The position numbers and the translations under genes are program-made. A stretch of 64,000 nucleotides of DNA, taken from the NCBI GenBank assembly GCA_045631445.1, contig JAZQUS010000067.1, positions 9,020 to 73,019 on the forward strand, read 5' to 3'. Below, one piece after another: positions 15,879 to 26,286 of this stretch (position 1 is the first letter of the stretch; each line of letters begins with the position of its first letter). The notes under the pieces were generated by a model that made no database searches, was not told where the DNA came from, and saw only the letters and a program-made list of their open reading frames with translations. Source of the DNA: Eubacteriales bacterium. GTDB taxonomy: Bacteria; Bacillota; Clostridia; Oscillospirales; CAG-272.

Positions 15879-17435
15879 ATGAGAAAGATTTTATCTTTAA
15901 TTCTTTTGGCAACTATGCTTCTCACAAGCGTACTTGCTACATCTTGTGGCGATGATAAGGGCGACAAGACAAATACAGACGAAATCAATTACGATATTGA
16001 TTTGTCAAACAAGCCCACACTTAACGTTTTGATGCCTAACTCCGGTAAGGATATCGCATCTGTTAACAATAACGTTAACGCACAGGTTATCCAGCAGATT
16101 ACAGGTTACACTGTAAACTACACTCAGCTTCCTGCTGATGCAACAACAACTCTTAACACAATTATGATGGATAAAGAGCAGTATGATGTTATGAAGCTCA
16201 CAAAGGATCAGTTCAGTGACCTTGTTGACCAGGATATGCTTCTTGATATCACAGATGCGCTTAAGACATTCGCTCCCGATATGCTTGCTAATATTTCTCA
16301 GGAATCTTGGGACGTTGTAACTGTTGACGGAAGAATTTACGGTATTCCCGAACGTGCTTCCAGTGACAATATCGAAAACCCCATCGTTCTTAACTATGAC
16401 CTTATACTTGAATTGGGACTTGATGTTCCCGAAACTCTTGAAGAATTCACAGCAGTTCTTAAGGCAATGACAGAGCACCTTGGTAAGCCTGCTTTGACAT
16501 TTGATAAGTTTACTCCTCTCGTACCCGCTATTTCCGCAGCTTTCGGTATCTATACATACTGGCAGGAATATGACGGTCAGGTTCTTTACTATATGAACGC
16601 TCCTAGATATAAAGATTATGTTGATTATATGCATTCTCTTTATGAAGCAGGTTACATTGATCAGGAAGTTGCAACAAATGACGCAGCAACTGCAACAAAC
16701 CGTTTCGTAAATAGCTTTGACGCTTCCGCAGGTGGCGCAAAGGCAGGCGCATACGCTTGTTCATTGTGGACAGTTTCCGCAATTACAACAGGTCTTTCTA
16801 CAAAGGGTATTGATACAACTGATACACTTGACAACCACCTTGCATACGTTCGTTCTCTTAAGGAAAACGCAGGCGATACAGAAAAGGTATATCGTTCAAG
16901 CGGTTATACATACATCACAGCTATTCCTTACTACATGGCAGACAGAGCAGGCTACGCTCTTGACTGGATGAACTCCAAGATTAAGGATACAGAAACAGAG
17001 GATAACTTCCGTACAATGGTTATCGGTGAAAAGGATGTTCACTGGACATTGACAGCAGACGGTTCATATATGCCCATCAACCCTGCATTCGCAGAAAAGG
17101 ATGATGCTTCTTACTATATGACAGGTTCTAACGAAAACAAGTACACAGAATACTGGCTTGCTCGTGTACGTAAGCAGCCCGAACTCTTCAGAGCTTGGTC
17201 CACTATGATGGAAGATGCTGATTCTGTTGGTGTTTACAACATCGTTGACTTTACTCCTCCTCTCAAGACATATACGGCTAACCGTTCTAACATTGAAACA
17301 AATGCTCAGGACTGGTTCTATATGATGCTTAAGGATGGCTCAGGTAAGCTTGCTGAATACCAGACAAAGCTTAACGGTCAGTATAAGTGTGCTGATGCAA
17401 CTGCGGAAATCAACAACTGGTACAATAACAAATAA
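15879..17435 (+). CDS. ABC transporter extracellular solute-binding lipoprotein (large LplA-like family 1 SBP)
   Basis: Signal peptide with lipobox ATSC (Cys23). The ~518-aa size and sequence character match Firmicutes oligosaccharide-binding proteins, and two sugar-type permease genes follow. Confidence 0.8.
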   Translation: MRKILSLILLATMLLTSVLATSCGDDKGDKTNTDEINYDIDLSNKPTLNVLMPNSGKDIASVNNNVNAQVIQQITGYTVNYTQLPADATTTLNTIMMDKEQYDVMKLTKDQFSDLVDQDMLLDITDALKTFAPDMLANISQESWDVVTVDGRIYGIPERASSDNIENPIVLNYDLILELGLDVPETLEEFTAVLKAMTEHLGKPALTFDKFTPLVPAISAAFGIYTYWQEYDGQVLYYMNAPRYKDYVDYMHSLYEAGYIDQEVATNDAATATNRFVNSFDASAGGAKAGAYACSLWTVSAITTGLSTKGIDTTDTLDNHLAYVRSLKENAGDTEKVYRSSGYTYITAIPYYMADRAGYALDWMNSKIKDTETEDNFRTMVIGEKDVHWTLTADGSYMPINPAFAEKDDASYYMTGSNENKYTEYWLARVRKQPELFRAWSTMMEDADSVGVYNIVDFTPPLKTYTANRSNIETNAQDWFYMMLKDGSGKLAEYQTKLNGQYKCADATAEINNWYNNK

Positions 17436-17459
17436 AACATTATCAAAGGAGTGCACAAT

Positions 17460-18401
17460 ATGAGCACCAAAAAACAAAAAATGACATTCGGAGCAAAGGT
17501 GAAAAAGTATAAATCGCTTATTCCTTTTGTTATTCCTGCAATGATGTTTGCTCTGGTTTTCTCATATTTACCTATGACGGGTATATTGATTGCCTTTAAG
17601 GACAATCCAAACTTTTTGAGATACGATGTTATAACTGCATTCCAAAAATCTGAATGGACACTTGAAAACTTTAAAATATTGTTTTCCGACCCTGAAATTT
17701 TGTCTTACATCAGAAATACTTTGATTATTTCTGTTATGAAGATAGTAATTTTGTTCCCATTGCCAATAGTTTTGGCAGTAATGATTACCGAGCTTAGAAG
17801 CAAAAAGTTTTCTAAGCTCGTGCAGGGAATAGTTTTCTTGCCACACTTCTTTTCTTGGGTAGTAATTGTTGGTATTTTCAATAGCATTTTTGGAATGTAT
17901 GGACCAATCAACAATTTAAGTGTTGCCCTTGGCGGAGAAGCAATTCACTTTATGGGTGAGCCAGGTTGGTTTAGATGGCTTGTTGTAATCCTTTCAGGTT
18001 GGAAGGAAATTGGATATAGCTCCATTGCGTATATTGCCGCAATTATGTCAATTGACCCCGCACTTTATGAAGCGGCAAAAATTGACGGTGCAGGTAAGCT
18101 CAAGCAAATTTGGAATATCACAATTCCTTCAATTATGCCTACTATCATAGTAATGCTTATCATTCGTATAGGTTATCTTATGGATGCGGGCTTTGAGCAG
18201 GTATATGCTATGCTTAACTCACTTACAAGAGAAACGGGTGAAATCATTGGTACATACGTTTACCGATTGGGCTTCTCAATGGGTAAGAGTAACTATGGTT
18301 TATCCACGGCTGTTGGTTTGTTCAATGGAGTAATATCCTTGATATTGATTCTTTCTGCAAACTACTTCAGTAAAAAGAAAACAGGAAATGGTGTGTGGTA
18401 A
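17460..18401 (+). CDS. carbohydrate ABC transporter permease (LplB/MalF-like)
   Basis: Six predicted TM segments and the EAA-type loop YEAAKIDGAGKLKQIWNITIPS. ATG at 17460 lies 9 nt after AAAGGAG. Confidence 0.85.
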   Translation: MSTKKQKMTFGAKVKKYKSLIPFVIPAMMFALVFSYLPMTGILIAFKDNPNFLRYDVITAFQKSEWTLENFKILFSDPEILSYIRNTLIISVMKIVILFPLPIVLAVMITELRSKKFSKLVQGIVFLPHFFSWVVIVGIFNSIFGMYGPINNLSVALGGEAIHFMGEPGWFRWLVVILSGWKEIGYSSIAYIAAIMSIDPALYEAAKIDGAGKLKQIWNITIPSIMPTIIVMLIIRIGYLMDAGFEQVYAMLNSLTRETGEIIGTYVYRLGFSMGKSNYGLSTAVGLFNGVISLILILSANYFSKKKTGNGVW

Positions 18402-18403
18402 TT

Positions 18404-19279
18404 ATGGCAAAGAATTTAATAGTAAAAAAGAGCAATAAAATCAAAGAAAATCGTTTGTTTAACACTATAAACGTTATAGCGTTGGCAATTATATCGATTG
18501 TCTGCTTTATACCATTTCTTAACGTATTGTCCGTAGCATTGTCAACTGCGGGAAATGATATTAACTTTACTCCCAAGGGATTTACTTGGTTTAACTTTCA
18601 GTACGTTTTAACTGACGCTGGATTTTGGAGAGCAATGGGAGTATCCTTCCTTGTGGTTGTATGTGGTACATTACTTTCAGTAACTGTAATGTTCGCGGCG
18701 GCTTACGCATTGTCTAAACCTAATTTCCCTGCAAGAAAGGGCATTATGGTATTCTTTATTATCGTAATGATCTTCTCAGGCGGTATGGTACCCAACTACC
18801 TCGTAGTTAGTACATTGGGACTTACTAAAACTCCTCTGGCTCTGATTTTGCCATCGGTTGTTCAGGTTTATAACCTTATTTTGATCAGAAGCTATCTTGA
18901 AGGACTTCCTCTCGAGCTTGAGGAATCTGCATCCATTGACGGAGCGAACAACCTTCAGATTATGTTCAAAATATTGTTGCCAATGTCAATGCCTTGCGTA
19001 GCAAGTGTAAGCTTGTTCACAGCTGTAACGCTTTGGAATAACTACACAAGCGCGTTGCTTTATCTTGGTACTGAAGAAAAATGGTACCCCTTGTCGCTTT
19101 ATATTCTTAACTACATCCAGTTGCCTCCTGATACTCTTTCAGTAGCAATGAAGGATTTGCAGAAGGATAATATTGAAGCGGCTATGATCGTTGTTAGTAT
19201 AATTCCCATCTTGTTAGTATACCCATTGGTACTTAAGTACTTTACAAAGGGTGTAACAGTTGGTGCAGTAAAGGGATAA
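18404..19279 (+). CDS. carbohydrate ABC transporter permease (LplC/MalG-like)
   Basis: TM-rich with the loop LEESASIDGANNLQIMFKILLP. ATG at 18404 lies 2 nt after the upstream stop. Confidence 0.85.
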   Translation: MAKNLIVKKSNKIKENRLFNTINVIALAIISIVCFIPFLNVLSVALSTAGNDINFTPKGFTWFNFQYVLTDAGFWRAMGVSFLVVVCGTLLSVTVMFAAAYALSKPNFPARKGIMVFFIIVMIFSGGMVPNYLVVSTLGLTKTPLALILPSVVQVYNLILIRSYLEGLPLELEESASIDGANNLQIMFKILLPMSMPCVASVSLFTAVTLWNNYTSALLYLGTEEKWYPLSLYILNYIQLPPDTLSVAMKDLQKDNIEAAMIVVSIIPILLVYPLVLKYFTKGVTVGAVKG

Positions 19280-19280
19280 T

Positions 19281-20147
19281 ATGACCATATGTATTGATAT
19301 GGGTGCAACCGAAATAAAGGTTGCACCCATTAAAAGAAGTGAAAACAAATTAATCGTTGGTGAGCTTAATAAGTTTCCCACCAACGCTTCCCTTGGAAAA
19401 GAGGGAATAGTGGATGCTTTATATAGAGCAATATCTTCATTGAATGGAGAGGATGTTGATGGCATTGCCATTGCGTCTGCAGGTGATATTGACGTTAACA
19501 CTTCAATTATCACCTATGCAACGGAAAATCTCCCTGGAATGATAGGGTTTGATTTTGCGAAGTTTTGTAAAGAAAATTTTAATCTGCCTGCCAAGGCAAT
19601 AAACGATGCTCACGCGGCTTTGCTTGGTGAAATGGTTTATGGCGCAGGAGAAAAATATCAGGACAAAAGAGTTGTAATGCTTACTCTTGGTTCAGGTGTT
19701 GGCGGCGGATATTATGCAGGCGGAGAAATCGTTTCAAACGAAGAAAATGATTTTGGCCGCTTTGGACATATCTGTCTTGAAAATGACGGAAGACTTTGCA
19801 CATGCGGTAAACGTGGATGTGTGGAGATGTATTTGTCAGGTCGTGCAATACATAGAGATGCAGACGCAATCGGTATTGATGGGGCGGACATTTTTGAAAA
19901 ATACGGAAAGGGAGAACCCAAAAACGTTGAATTTGTTAACGTTTTGAGAGCAAATCTTAAAAAATCTCTTGATTTGGTTATGCAGGTTAGCCCATTTGAC
20001 GTATGTATTATCGGCGGCGGTGTTGCCGATTGGATGGAGGAGCATTTTTACTCCATTACCGATGGTTTAGGATATAATATTATTAGAGCATCACTCGGTA
20101 ATAGCGCTGGCTTTTACGGAGCGTATGCTCACTACAACAAGCACTAA
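19281..20147 (+). CDS. ROK family sugar kinase (possibly ManNAc/GlcNAc kinase)
   Basis: N-terminal ICIDMGATEIKVA (ASKHA phosphate-1 motif) and the ROK zinc motif CTCGKRGCVEMYLSG. The start lies 1 nt after the permease stop. Confidence 0.8.
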   Translation: MTICIDMGATEIKVAPIKRSENKLIVGELNKFPTNASLGKEGIVDALYRAISSLNGEDVDGIAIASAGDIDVNTSIITYATENLPGMIGFDFAKFCKENFNLPAKAINDAHAALLGEMVYGAGEKYQDKRVVMLTLGSGVGGGYYAGGEIVSNEENDFGRFGHICLENDGRLCTCGKRGCVEMYLSGRAIHRDADAIGIDGADIFEKYGKGEPKNVEFVNVLRANLKKSLDLVMQVSPFDVCIIGGGVADWMEEHFYSITDGLGYNIIRASLGNSAGFYGAYAHYNKH

Positions 20148-20158
20148 ACATTATTACA

Positions 20159-20183
20159 AGCCGAGAATAAACTCTCGGCTTTA
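20159..20183 (+). terminator. weak terminator-like hairpin
   Basis: AGCCGAGA/TCTCGGCT 8-bp stem followed only by TT. Confidence 0.3.
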
Positions 20184-20255
20184 AGGTGGAATATTCGCAT
20201 TTTAATAATGCTTAAAATACATATAAATTTTATATTGATAAAGGTAAAATAAGAA

Positions 20256-21854
20256 ATGAAAACGCTAAACGCACAAGTAATCATTTGCGGTGCTTCACTT
20301 GGTGGCACAATCGCAGCAATTAGTGCTGCTAAAGAAGGAAAAAAGGTTATTCTTCTTGAAAAAACAAAATGGATTGGAGGTCAGCTTACCTCCCAAGCAG
20401 TTCCTCCCGATGAGCATATGTGGATAGAGGAGCAGGGCTGCACACGTTCATATCAGGAATACAGAACCAAGGTTAGAAGCTATTATAGAAATCTTGAGGG
20501 ATATTCCGAAGAAATCAAAAATAGAGACTATTTCTGCCCAGGTGCGTCCGAGGTTAGCTGGATTGCTCATCCCCCTCGTCTTGCTCTTTCTATTCTTAAC
20601 GATATGGTTGCTCCTTACGTTGAAAACGGCAATTTGACCATCTATACTGAGGTTCAGATGAAGGAATGTATCACAGAGGGTGATGAAATCAAGGGTGTTG
20701 TATATAATATTGACGGTGAAGATGTATTGCTTACAGGTGAATACTATCTTGACGGTACTGATATTGGTGATCTTATCTGTATTTCAGGTACTGAATATCG
20801 CGTTGGTGCGGAAAGTAGACACGAAACAGGTGAAGAGGACGCTCCCGAGGTGGGAGACTCTGAGGATATGCAGTCATTCATCTATTCCGCTTGTATTGAA
20901 AATAGACGCGAAGGTGATTACACTATCGAAAAGCCTGAGCTTTATGATAAATTCAGTCAGATGATGATGCCTTACGATGAGCATAAGCTTTATTCAATGT
21001 ACGGCCCCAACTCATCTACAGGTAAGGCGAAAAAGTTCGGTATGTTCCTTGAGGAATTTAACGAAGAGGGAAAAGAGCTTTTCCCATTGTTTAAATACAG
21101 AAGAATCGTTTGTGCGGATTACTTCACCGACGGAAGCCAGCCCTATGACGTAACACTTGTGAACTGGCCTCAAAACGACTTCTTCCACGGCAACCTTTTT
21201 GATTGTGAGGACGCGGAATATAACGATTATCTTGCAAAGCAATATACTCTTTGCTTCGTATATTGGCTTCAGACCGAAGCACCAAGATATGACGGTGGCA
21301 AGGGTTATCCCTATTTTAGATTAGCACCCGAATACGTTGGTACAGAGGACGGATTGTCAATGGCTCCATATATTAGAGAGTCAAGACGTATCAAAGCAAA
21401 AAAGACTATTACCGCTACTGATGTTTGCGATGCCGAAAAATGCAAATTTGAAGATAGTGTTGGTGTTGGAAGTTATCCTATTGACCTTCATATCACCACA
21501 AAAACACATACCTTCTTCTATAAACCAACACATAGATTTACAATTTCTCTTGGAGCAATGATTCCCGAGAGGATGAAGAATATTTTGCCTGCTTGTAAGA
21601 ATATTGGCTCAACCCATCTTACTAACGGTTGCTACCGCTTGCATCCTGTTGAATGGAACGTGGGTGAGGTTGCAGGACTTCTTGCTTCCTTTGCAATAGA
21701 TAAGGGTGTGCTTCCCGTTAATGTCTGGGAGAGCAAGGAATTGTTCGACGAATTCTGCTTGTTGCTTGACAAACACGGAATTCAGAGATATTGGGACGAA
21801 AATAATCTTGAAGCAGGATATGAGCGCGTTAAAAAGCTCAAAACCTTTGCTTAA
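20256..21854 (+). CDS. FAD-dependent oxidoreductase (PF12831-like)
   Basis: N-terminal dinucleotide-binding fold VIICGASLGGTIAAISAAKEGKKVILLEK..IGGQ. The ~530-aa size is typical of the FAD_oxidored family often seen in glycan loci. Confidence 0.7.
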   Translation: MKTLNAQVIICGASLGGTIAAISAAKEGKKVILLEKTKWIGGQLTSQAVPPDEHMWIEEQGCTRSYQEYRTKVRSYYRNLEGYSEEIKNRDYFCPGASEVSWIAHPPRLALSILNDMVAPYVENGNLTIYTEVQMKECITEGDEIKGVVYNIDGEDVLLTGEYYLDGTDIGDLICISGTEYRVGAESRHETGEEDAPEVGDSEDMQSFIYSACIENRREGDYTIEKPELYDKFSQMMMPYDEHKLYSMYGPNSSTGKAKKFGMFLEEFNEEGKELFPLFKYRRIVCADYFTDGSQPYDVTLVNWPQNDFFHGNLFDCEDAEYNDYLAKQYTLCFVYWLQTEAPRYDGGKGYPYFRLAPEYVGTEDGLSMAPYIRESRRIKAKKTITATDVCDAEKCKFEDSVGVGSYPIDLHITTKTHTFFYKPTHRFTISLGAMIPERMKNILPACKNIGSTHLTNGCYRLHPVEWNVGEVAGLLASFAIDKGVLPVNVWESKELFDEFCLLLDKHGIQRYWDENNLEAGYERVKKLKTFA

Positions 21855-21881
21855 TTTTAATGATGTGTTTGGAGGGTGACT

Positions 21882-23024
21882 ATGCTTGCTATAAAAAACG
21901 CAAAAATAGTTCTTGAAAATGGAATATTAGAAGGAAAAGCATTGCTTCTTTCCGACAAAATTGAGGGAATAGTAGAGGAAAACGAAATTCCCGAAGGTAT
22001 TGAAATAATCGATTGCAAGGGCGGTTACGTAACTCCCGGATTTATCGACTTGCACATTCACGGATATTTAGGCAAGGACGTTTGCGATGCTACTGCCGAA
22101 AGCATCAGAACAATCGCAGGCGGACTTGTAGAGAACGGTGTTACAGGCTTTTTGCCTACAACTATGACCGTTGATATGTCCGTTATTAACGGAGCACTCA
22201 ATGCTTGCCGAGAGGTTAAAAATAGCGGTGAGTACTATGGCTCTCAAATCCTTGGTGTGCACGCTGAAGGACCTTTCATCTCCGCATCTAAAAAGGGTGC
22301 GCAGGATGAAAGATTTATCTTGAAGCCCGATGCGGATTTCGTAAGGGCAAATGCCGATATCATTAAGATAATCACACTCGCTCCCGAAGAGGACAAGGAT
22401 TTCCTTGAAATAAAGAGAATGGCGGACGAAACCGACGTTGTTGTTTCTATGGGACATACATCTGCAGATTACAAAACTGCTATGGAAAGCGCAAAGAACG
22501 GTGTAAAGCATGCAACACATCTTTTTAATGCGATGACTCCTATGACTCATCGCGCACCCGGTGTTGTTGGTGCAGCACTTAATTCGGACGTTTCTTGCGA
22601 ACTTATTGTTGATACGTATCACGTTGATCCCGCTCTTTATGAAATGGTTTACAAGATGAAGGGAAGAAAGCTCTGCTTTATCACCGACTGTTTGCCTGCA
22701 GGAGGACTTCCCGAGGGTGAATATACACTCGGAGGCGCAAAGATTATCTATAAGAACAATCTTTGTAAGCTTGAAGATGGAACAATCGCAGGTAGTGTTC
22801 TTAAACTCAATAAGGGTGTTTGGAACGTGTTTAGTAATACAAGTATTCCTCTTTATGAGTGTGTGAACTGCGCAACTCTCAACCCTGCAACTACTATCGG
22901 TGTTGCCGATAGAAAGGGCTCTATTGAGGTTGGTAAAGATGCAGATATTGTTGTGCTTGATGATGAGTTTAACGTAAGGAAAACTATTATTGGAGGCGTT
23001 GTAAGATATGAAGCTAAAAATTGA
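21882..23024 (+). CDS. nagA: N-acetylglucosamine-6-phosphate deacetylase
   Basis: GFIDLHIHG metal-binding motif, HLFNAM, and ~380 aa. ATG at 21882 lies 6 nt after GGAGG (the listed GTG at 21876 abuts the RBS). Confidence 0.9.
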   Translation: MLAIKNAKIVLENGILEGKALLLSDKIEGIVEENEIPEGIEIIDCKGGYVTPGFIDLHIHGYLGKDVCDATAESIRTIAGGLVENGVTGFLPTTMTVDMSVINGALNACREVKNSGEYYGSQILGVHAEGPFISASKKGAQDERFILKPDADFVRANADIIKIITLAPEEDKDFLEIKRMADETDVVVSMGHTSADYKTAMESAKNGVKHATHLFNAMTPMTHRAPGVVGAALNSDVSCELIVDTYHVDPALYEMVYKMKGRKLCFITDCLPAGGLPEGEYTLGGAKIIYKNNLCKLEDGTIAGSVLKLNKGVWNVFSNTSIPLYECVNCATLNPATTIGVADRKGSIEVGKDADIVVLDDEFNVRKTIIGGVVRYEAKN

Positions 23025-24384
23025 TGCAAAGCTCGATAAGGGCTTTATGCCCATGGCTCTTGTGTGCCGTGAGATGAGAGAGAACACCGTAGATAACGGT
23101 CAAGACCTCATCGTTGCGGTTGAAAGAAATCAGGGCTATACATACGTTTATAAAACAAGAATATATAAGGATAACACAGGTCACGACGAAGAAAACTGCA
23201 AGTTTATCGATAGAATTGCTAAAACTCTTTTGTGGGTTGCAGGCGGCTATAAGGTAACTATCGCAGGTAGTGAAGTTGTTGGTGAATATATCAAAAACAC
23301 ATTCTGCTATGGTGGAACAAGAGATTTCGACGTTCGCTTTATGGAGAGAGTTTACGAGGAGAAGTTTGAAGTTATCGCAACTGACCTTGCAAATGCCCCC
23401 GAAGAAAAAAGCTCTGCTTGTCCCGTTGGTAAGCACCTTGACGGATGTCGTATCGGATTTGACGCGGGCGGCTCCGACAGAAAGGTTTCTGCCGTTGTTG
23501 ACGGTGAAACTGTTTACTCTGAAGAGGTCGTTTGGTTCCCCAAGCTCAACTCCGACCCAAGCTATCACTATGAGGGCATTTTGAATGCTATGAAAACAGC
23601 AGCATCACATATGCCAAGAGTTGATGCTATCGGTGTTTCAAGCGCAGGTGTTTACATTGACAATAAAATTATGGTCGCATCTCTCTTTATCAAGGTAAAT
23701 GATGAAGATTTTGAAAAGACAGTAAAGAATATGTATATAGACGTTGCACGCGAGATTGGTGAAAATATTCCGATTGAGGTTGCAAACGACGGTGACGTAA
23801 CTGCTCTTGCAGGTGCTATGAGCCTTGAGGATAACGGAATTCTCGGTATTGCTATGGGCACAAGTGAAGCGGCAGGCTACGTTGATATGGACGGAAACAT
23901 CACAGGTTGGCTCAATGAGTTGGCATTCGCTCCCGTTGACTACAACGAGGGGGCAATGGTTGACGAGTGGTCGGGTGACTACGGTTGTGGAGTTAAGTAT
24001 TTCTCACAGGACGGAGTTATTAAACTCGCACCATACGCAAATATCGACCTTGATGAAAACCTCTCTCCCGCAGAAAAACTTAAGGTTGTTCAGAACCTTA
24101 TGAAAGATGGCGACGAAAGAGCAAAGGCAATTTATGAAACAATCGGTGCATATTTCGGCTATTCACTTGCTTACTACGCTGAATTTTACGATATAAAGCA
24201 CGTTCTCATTATGGGACGAGTAACAAGTGGTGAGGGTGGAGAAATCCTCTTAAACAAAGCAAGAGAGATAATCGCAACTGAATTCCCCGAATTAAATAAG
24301 AAGATGACTCTCAATATCCCCGACGAAAAGGCAAGAAGAGTAGGACAGTCTGTGGCTGCTGCAAGCTTGCCCAAAATCAGATAA
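23008..24384 (+). CDS. ROK-like/ASKHA-fold sugar kinase homolog with ~140-aa N-terminal extension
   Basis: RIGFDAGGSDRKVS and VANDGDVTALAGA resemble ROK phosphate-1 and adenosine motifs. No CxCGxxGC zinc motif is seen. It overlaps the nagA stop by 17 nt. Confidence 0.6.
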   Translation: MKLKIDAKLDKGFMPMALVCREMRENTVDNGQDLIVAVERNQGYTYVYKTRIYKDNTGHDEENCKFIDRIAKTLLWVAGGYKVTIAGSEVVGEYIKNTFCYGGTRDFDVRFMERVYEEKFEVIATDLANAPEEKSSACPVGKHLDGCRIGFDAGGSDRKVSAVVDGETVYSEEVVWFPKLNSDPSYHYEGILNAMKTAASHMPRVDAIGVSSAGVYIDNKIMVASLFIKVNDEDFEKTVKNMYIDVAREIGENIPIEVANDGDVTALAGAMSLEDNGILGIAMGTSEAAGYVDMDGNITGWLNELAFAPVDYNEGAMVDEWSGDYGCGVKYFSQDGVIKLAPYANIDLDENLSPAEKLKVVQNLMKDGDERAKAIYETIGAYFGYSLAYYAEFYDIKHVLIMGRVTSGEGGEILLNKAREIIATEFPELNKKMTLNIPDEKARRVGQSVAAASLPKIR

Positions 24385-24393
24385 TTTATTAAT

Positions 24394-25239
24394 ATGATCT
24401 ATACAATTAAAAACGACAAAACCGAAGTAAAAATCAATTCCCTCGGCGCAGAGGTGCGAAGCGTAGTTCACAATGGAAAAGAACGTGCTTGGCAGAACGA
24501 AACGGGAGAGTGGTCTGGATGTGCAATCTTGCTTTTCCCATTCGCAGGCTTTAACCGACTTGTATTTGACGGAGTTGATTTCGGTATTCAAAAGCACGGA
24601 TTTTGCAGAAGTGAAGAATTTGAGCTGACAGAAGCAAAAAATGATAATATTACCTTTGTTCTTCGTGCAAACGAGAGAACCAAGGCAGTTTATCCCTATA
24701 ATTTCGAGTTTTTTGTGAAATACGCGCTCATTGAAAACGGATATGAGGTTTCATATACCATAAAAAACACAAGTGAAAAGGAAATCCCTCTCGCGTGTGG
24801 TGGACACGAGTCCTTCGCACTTGATAATGAAGTAGAAAACTACTATGTTGAATTTGAAAAGGAAGAACATTTTGACTTTCTTATTCATAATTCAGGTGGT
24901 ATGCTCACAGGTGAGAAAATAAATCACGGAGCGGGTAAAATTTTGCCTCTCGAAAAGGATTTTACTGATAATAGCGCAACTGTTATTCTCGGCAATATCA
25001 ATTCAAGAAAAGCAACACTTAAAGATAAGAAAACCGATGAAAAGGTGGTTGAAATCACATTCGACGGCTTTTCAAATCTTCTTTTGTGGCATCCACACGG
25101 CTCAAAAATGCTTTGCATTGAGCCTTGGCAGTGCTTACCCTCATACGTTGATGAAATCAAAGAATTCAAAGAAAGAGATGGCGTAGTAATTCTTGAAAAG
25201 GGCGAGCAAATCACCTTTACAAGAGCAATCAAATACTAA
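24394..25239 (+). CDS. aldose 1-epimerase family (LacX/YoxA-like mutarotase) protein
   Basis: LLFPFAGF...QKHGFCR motif and the ~280-aa beta-sandwich size are typical of the family. Confidence 0.7.
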   Translation: MIYTIKNDKTEVKINSLGAEVRSVVHNGKERAWQNETGEWSGCAILLFPFAGFNRLVFDGVDFGIQKHGFCRSEEFELTEAKNDNITFVLRANERTKAVYPYNFEFFVKYALIENGYEVSYTIKNTSEKEIPLACGGHESFALDNEVENYYVEFEKEEHFDFLIHNSGGMLTGEKINHGAGKILPLEKDFTDNSATVILGNINSRKATLKDKKTDEKVVEITFDGFSNLLLWHPHGSKMLCIEPWQCLPSYVDEIKEFKERDGVVILEKGEQITFTRAIKY

Positions 25240-25252
25240 TAAAAGGATTATT

Positions 25253-26284
25253 ATGAATATAGTTAAGCTTATACCCGCCTATAAAAGCATTATTTGGGGC
25301 GGAAATAAACTCAAAACTGAATATGGCAAGGATACCGACCTTTCTCCATTGGCAGAAACTTGGGAGCTTGCATTCCACAAAGACGGCAAAAGTATGCTCG
25401 AAGACGGCAGAGCACTTTGTGATGTTGTAACTGAAGAGGAGCTTGGTGAAAATTGCCGTGGCTTTGATTTCTTTCCCGTGCTTGTTAAATTTATTGATGC
25501 TCAGGATAAGCTTTCCGTTCAGGTGCATCCTGCCGATGAATATGCCTTAAAGCACGAAAATTCACTCGGCAAAACTGAAATGTGGTACATCGTTGATGCG
25601 GACGAGGGCGCAGGAATTTATCTTGGCTTTAAGCAGGATATTACAAAGGAGCAGTTCGTTCGAGCAATCGAGGAGAAAACTCTTACCGATTATCTTAAAT
25701 TTATCCCTGTTAAAAAGGGAGAGAGCTATTTTATCCCTTCGGGTACTATTCACGCGATTTGCTCGGGTTGTCTTATTTGTGAAATTCAGCAAAATAGCAA
25801 CATTACATACCGCGTTTACGATTATGGCAGACGCGATAAAAACGGAAACGAGCGCGAGCTCCACGTTCAAAAAGCTATTGATGTTACAAATCTCTCCGCA
25901 CTTGAACCAAAGGAATTGAACATTCAGGTTAAGGACGGAGTTTTGAAGGGAATCAATAAGTTCTTTACCGCAACCTACGTTGACATAAACGGTGAAAAGG
26001 CGTTTGCGGAAGATAAAAACTCATTCCGTTGCTTCACTTGTCTTGAGGGTGATGGAATGATAGGGGATATGCCTATTAAAAAGGGAGAGTCCGTTTTCGT
26101 TCCTGCAACCTTTGATGATTTTGTTGTGAGAGGAAATTTCACGGCAATAATGACCACAATTCGCAAGTACTATTTGAAAAATGGTAAAATCGAAAATGAC
26201 CTCGGTGAAATAATCGCGGAGGGCAACGATGAAAAAGAATTGCTCAATAGATGCGGCTTAACTGTGGCAGATATTGAAAAATAA
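25253..26284 (+). CDS. manA: mannose-6-phosphate isomerase, class I
   Basis: IWGG, LSVQVHP, GKTEMWYI and IPSGTIHAI motifs. ATG at 25253 follows AAAGGA. The listed upstream extension overlaps the previous gene. Confidence 0.85.
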   Translation: MNIVKLIPAYKSIIWGGNKLKTEYGKDTDLSPLAETWELAFHKDGKSMLEDGRALCDVVTEEELGENCRGFDFFPVLVKFIDAQDKLSVQVHPADEYALKHENSLGKTEMWYIVDADEGAGIYLGFKQDITKEQFVRAIEEKTLTDYLKFIPVKKGESYFIPSGTIHAICSGCLICEIQQNSNITYRVYDYGRRDKNGNERELHVQKAIDVTNLSALEPKELNIQVKDGVLKGINKFFTATYVDINGEKAFAEDKNSFRCFTCLEGDGMIGDMPIKKGESVFVPATFDDFVVRGNFTAIMTTIRKYYLKNGKIENDLGEIIAEGNDEKELLNRCGLTVADIEK

Positions 26285-26286
26285 CT

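Noticed and set aside
16005-16634. 209-aa minus-strand ORF. The same reasoning applies to 49175-49765 (196 aa) and 56628-57422 (264 aa).
   Set aside because: They are antisense to the SBP, topA and smc genes respectively. They are typical shadow ORFs inside long, confidently assigned genes.
22068-23087. 339-aa minus-strand ORF.
   Set aside because: It is antisense to nagA, whose product carries clear family motifs. The antisense translation is low-complexity with no recognisable domain.
1656-26284. Interpreting the locus as a sialic-acid (nan) catabolic operon because of nanE, a ROK kinase and nagA.
   Set aside because: No N-acetylneuraminate lyase, sialidase or sialate transporter is present in the window. 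The hydrolases present belong to other families (GHL10, PF09992, GH38).
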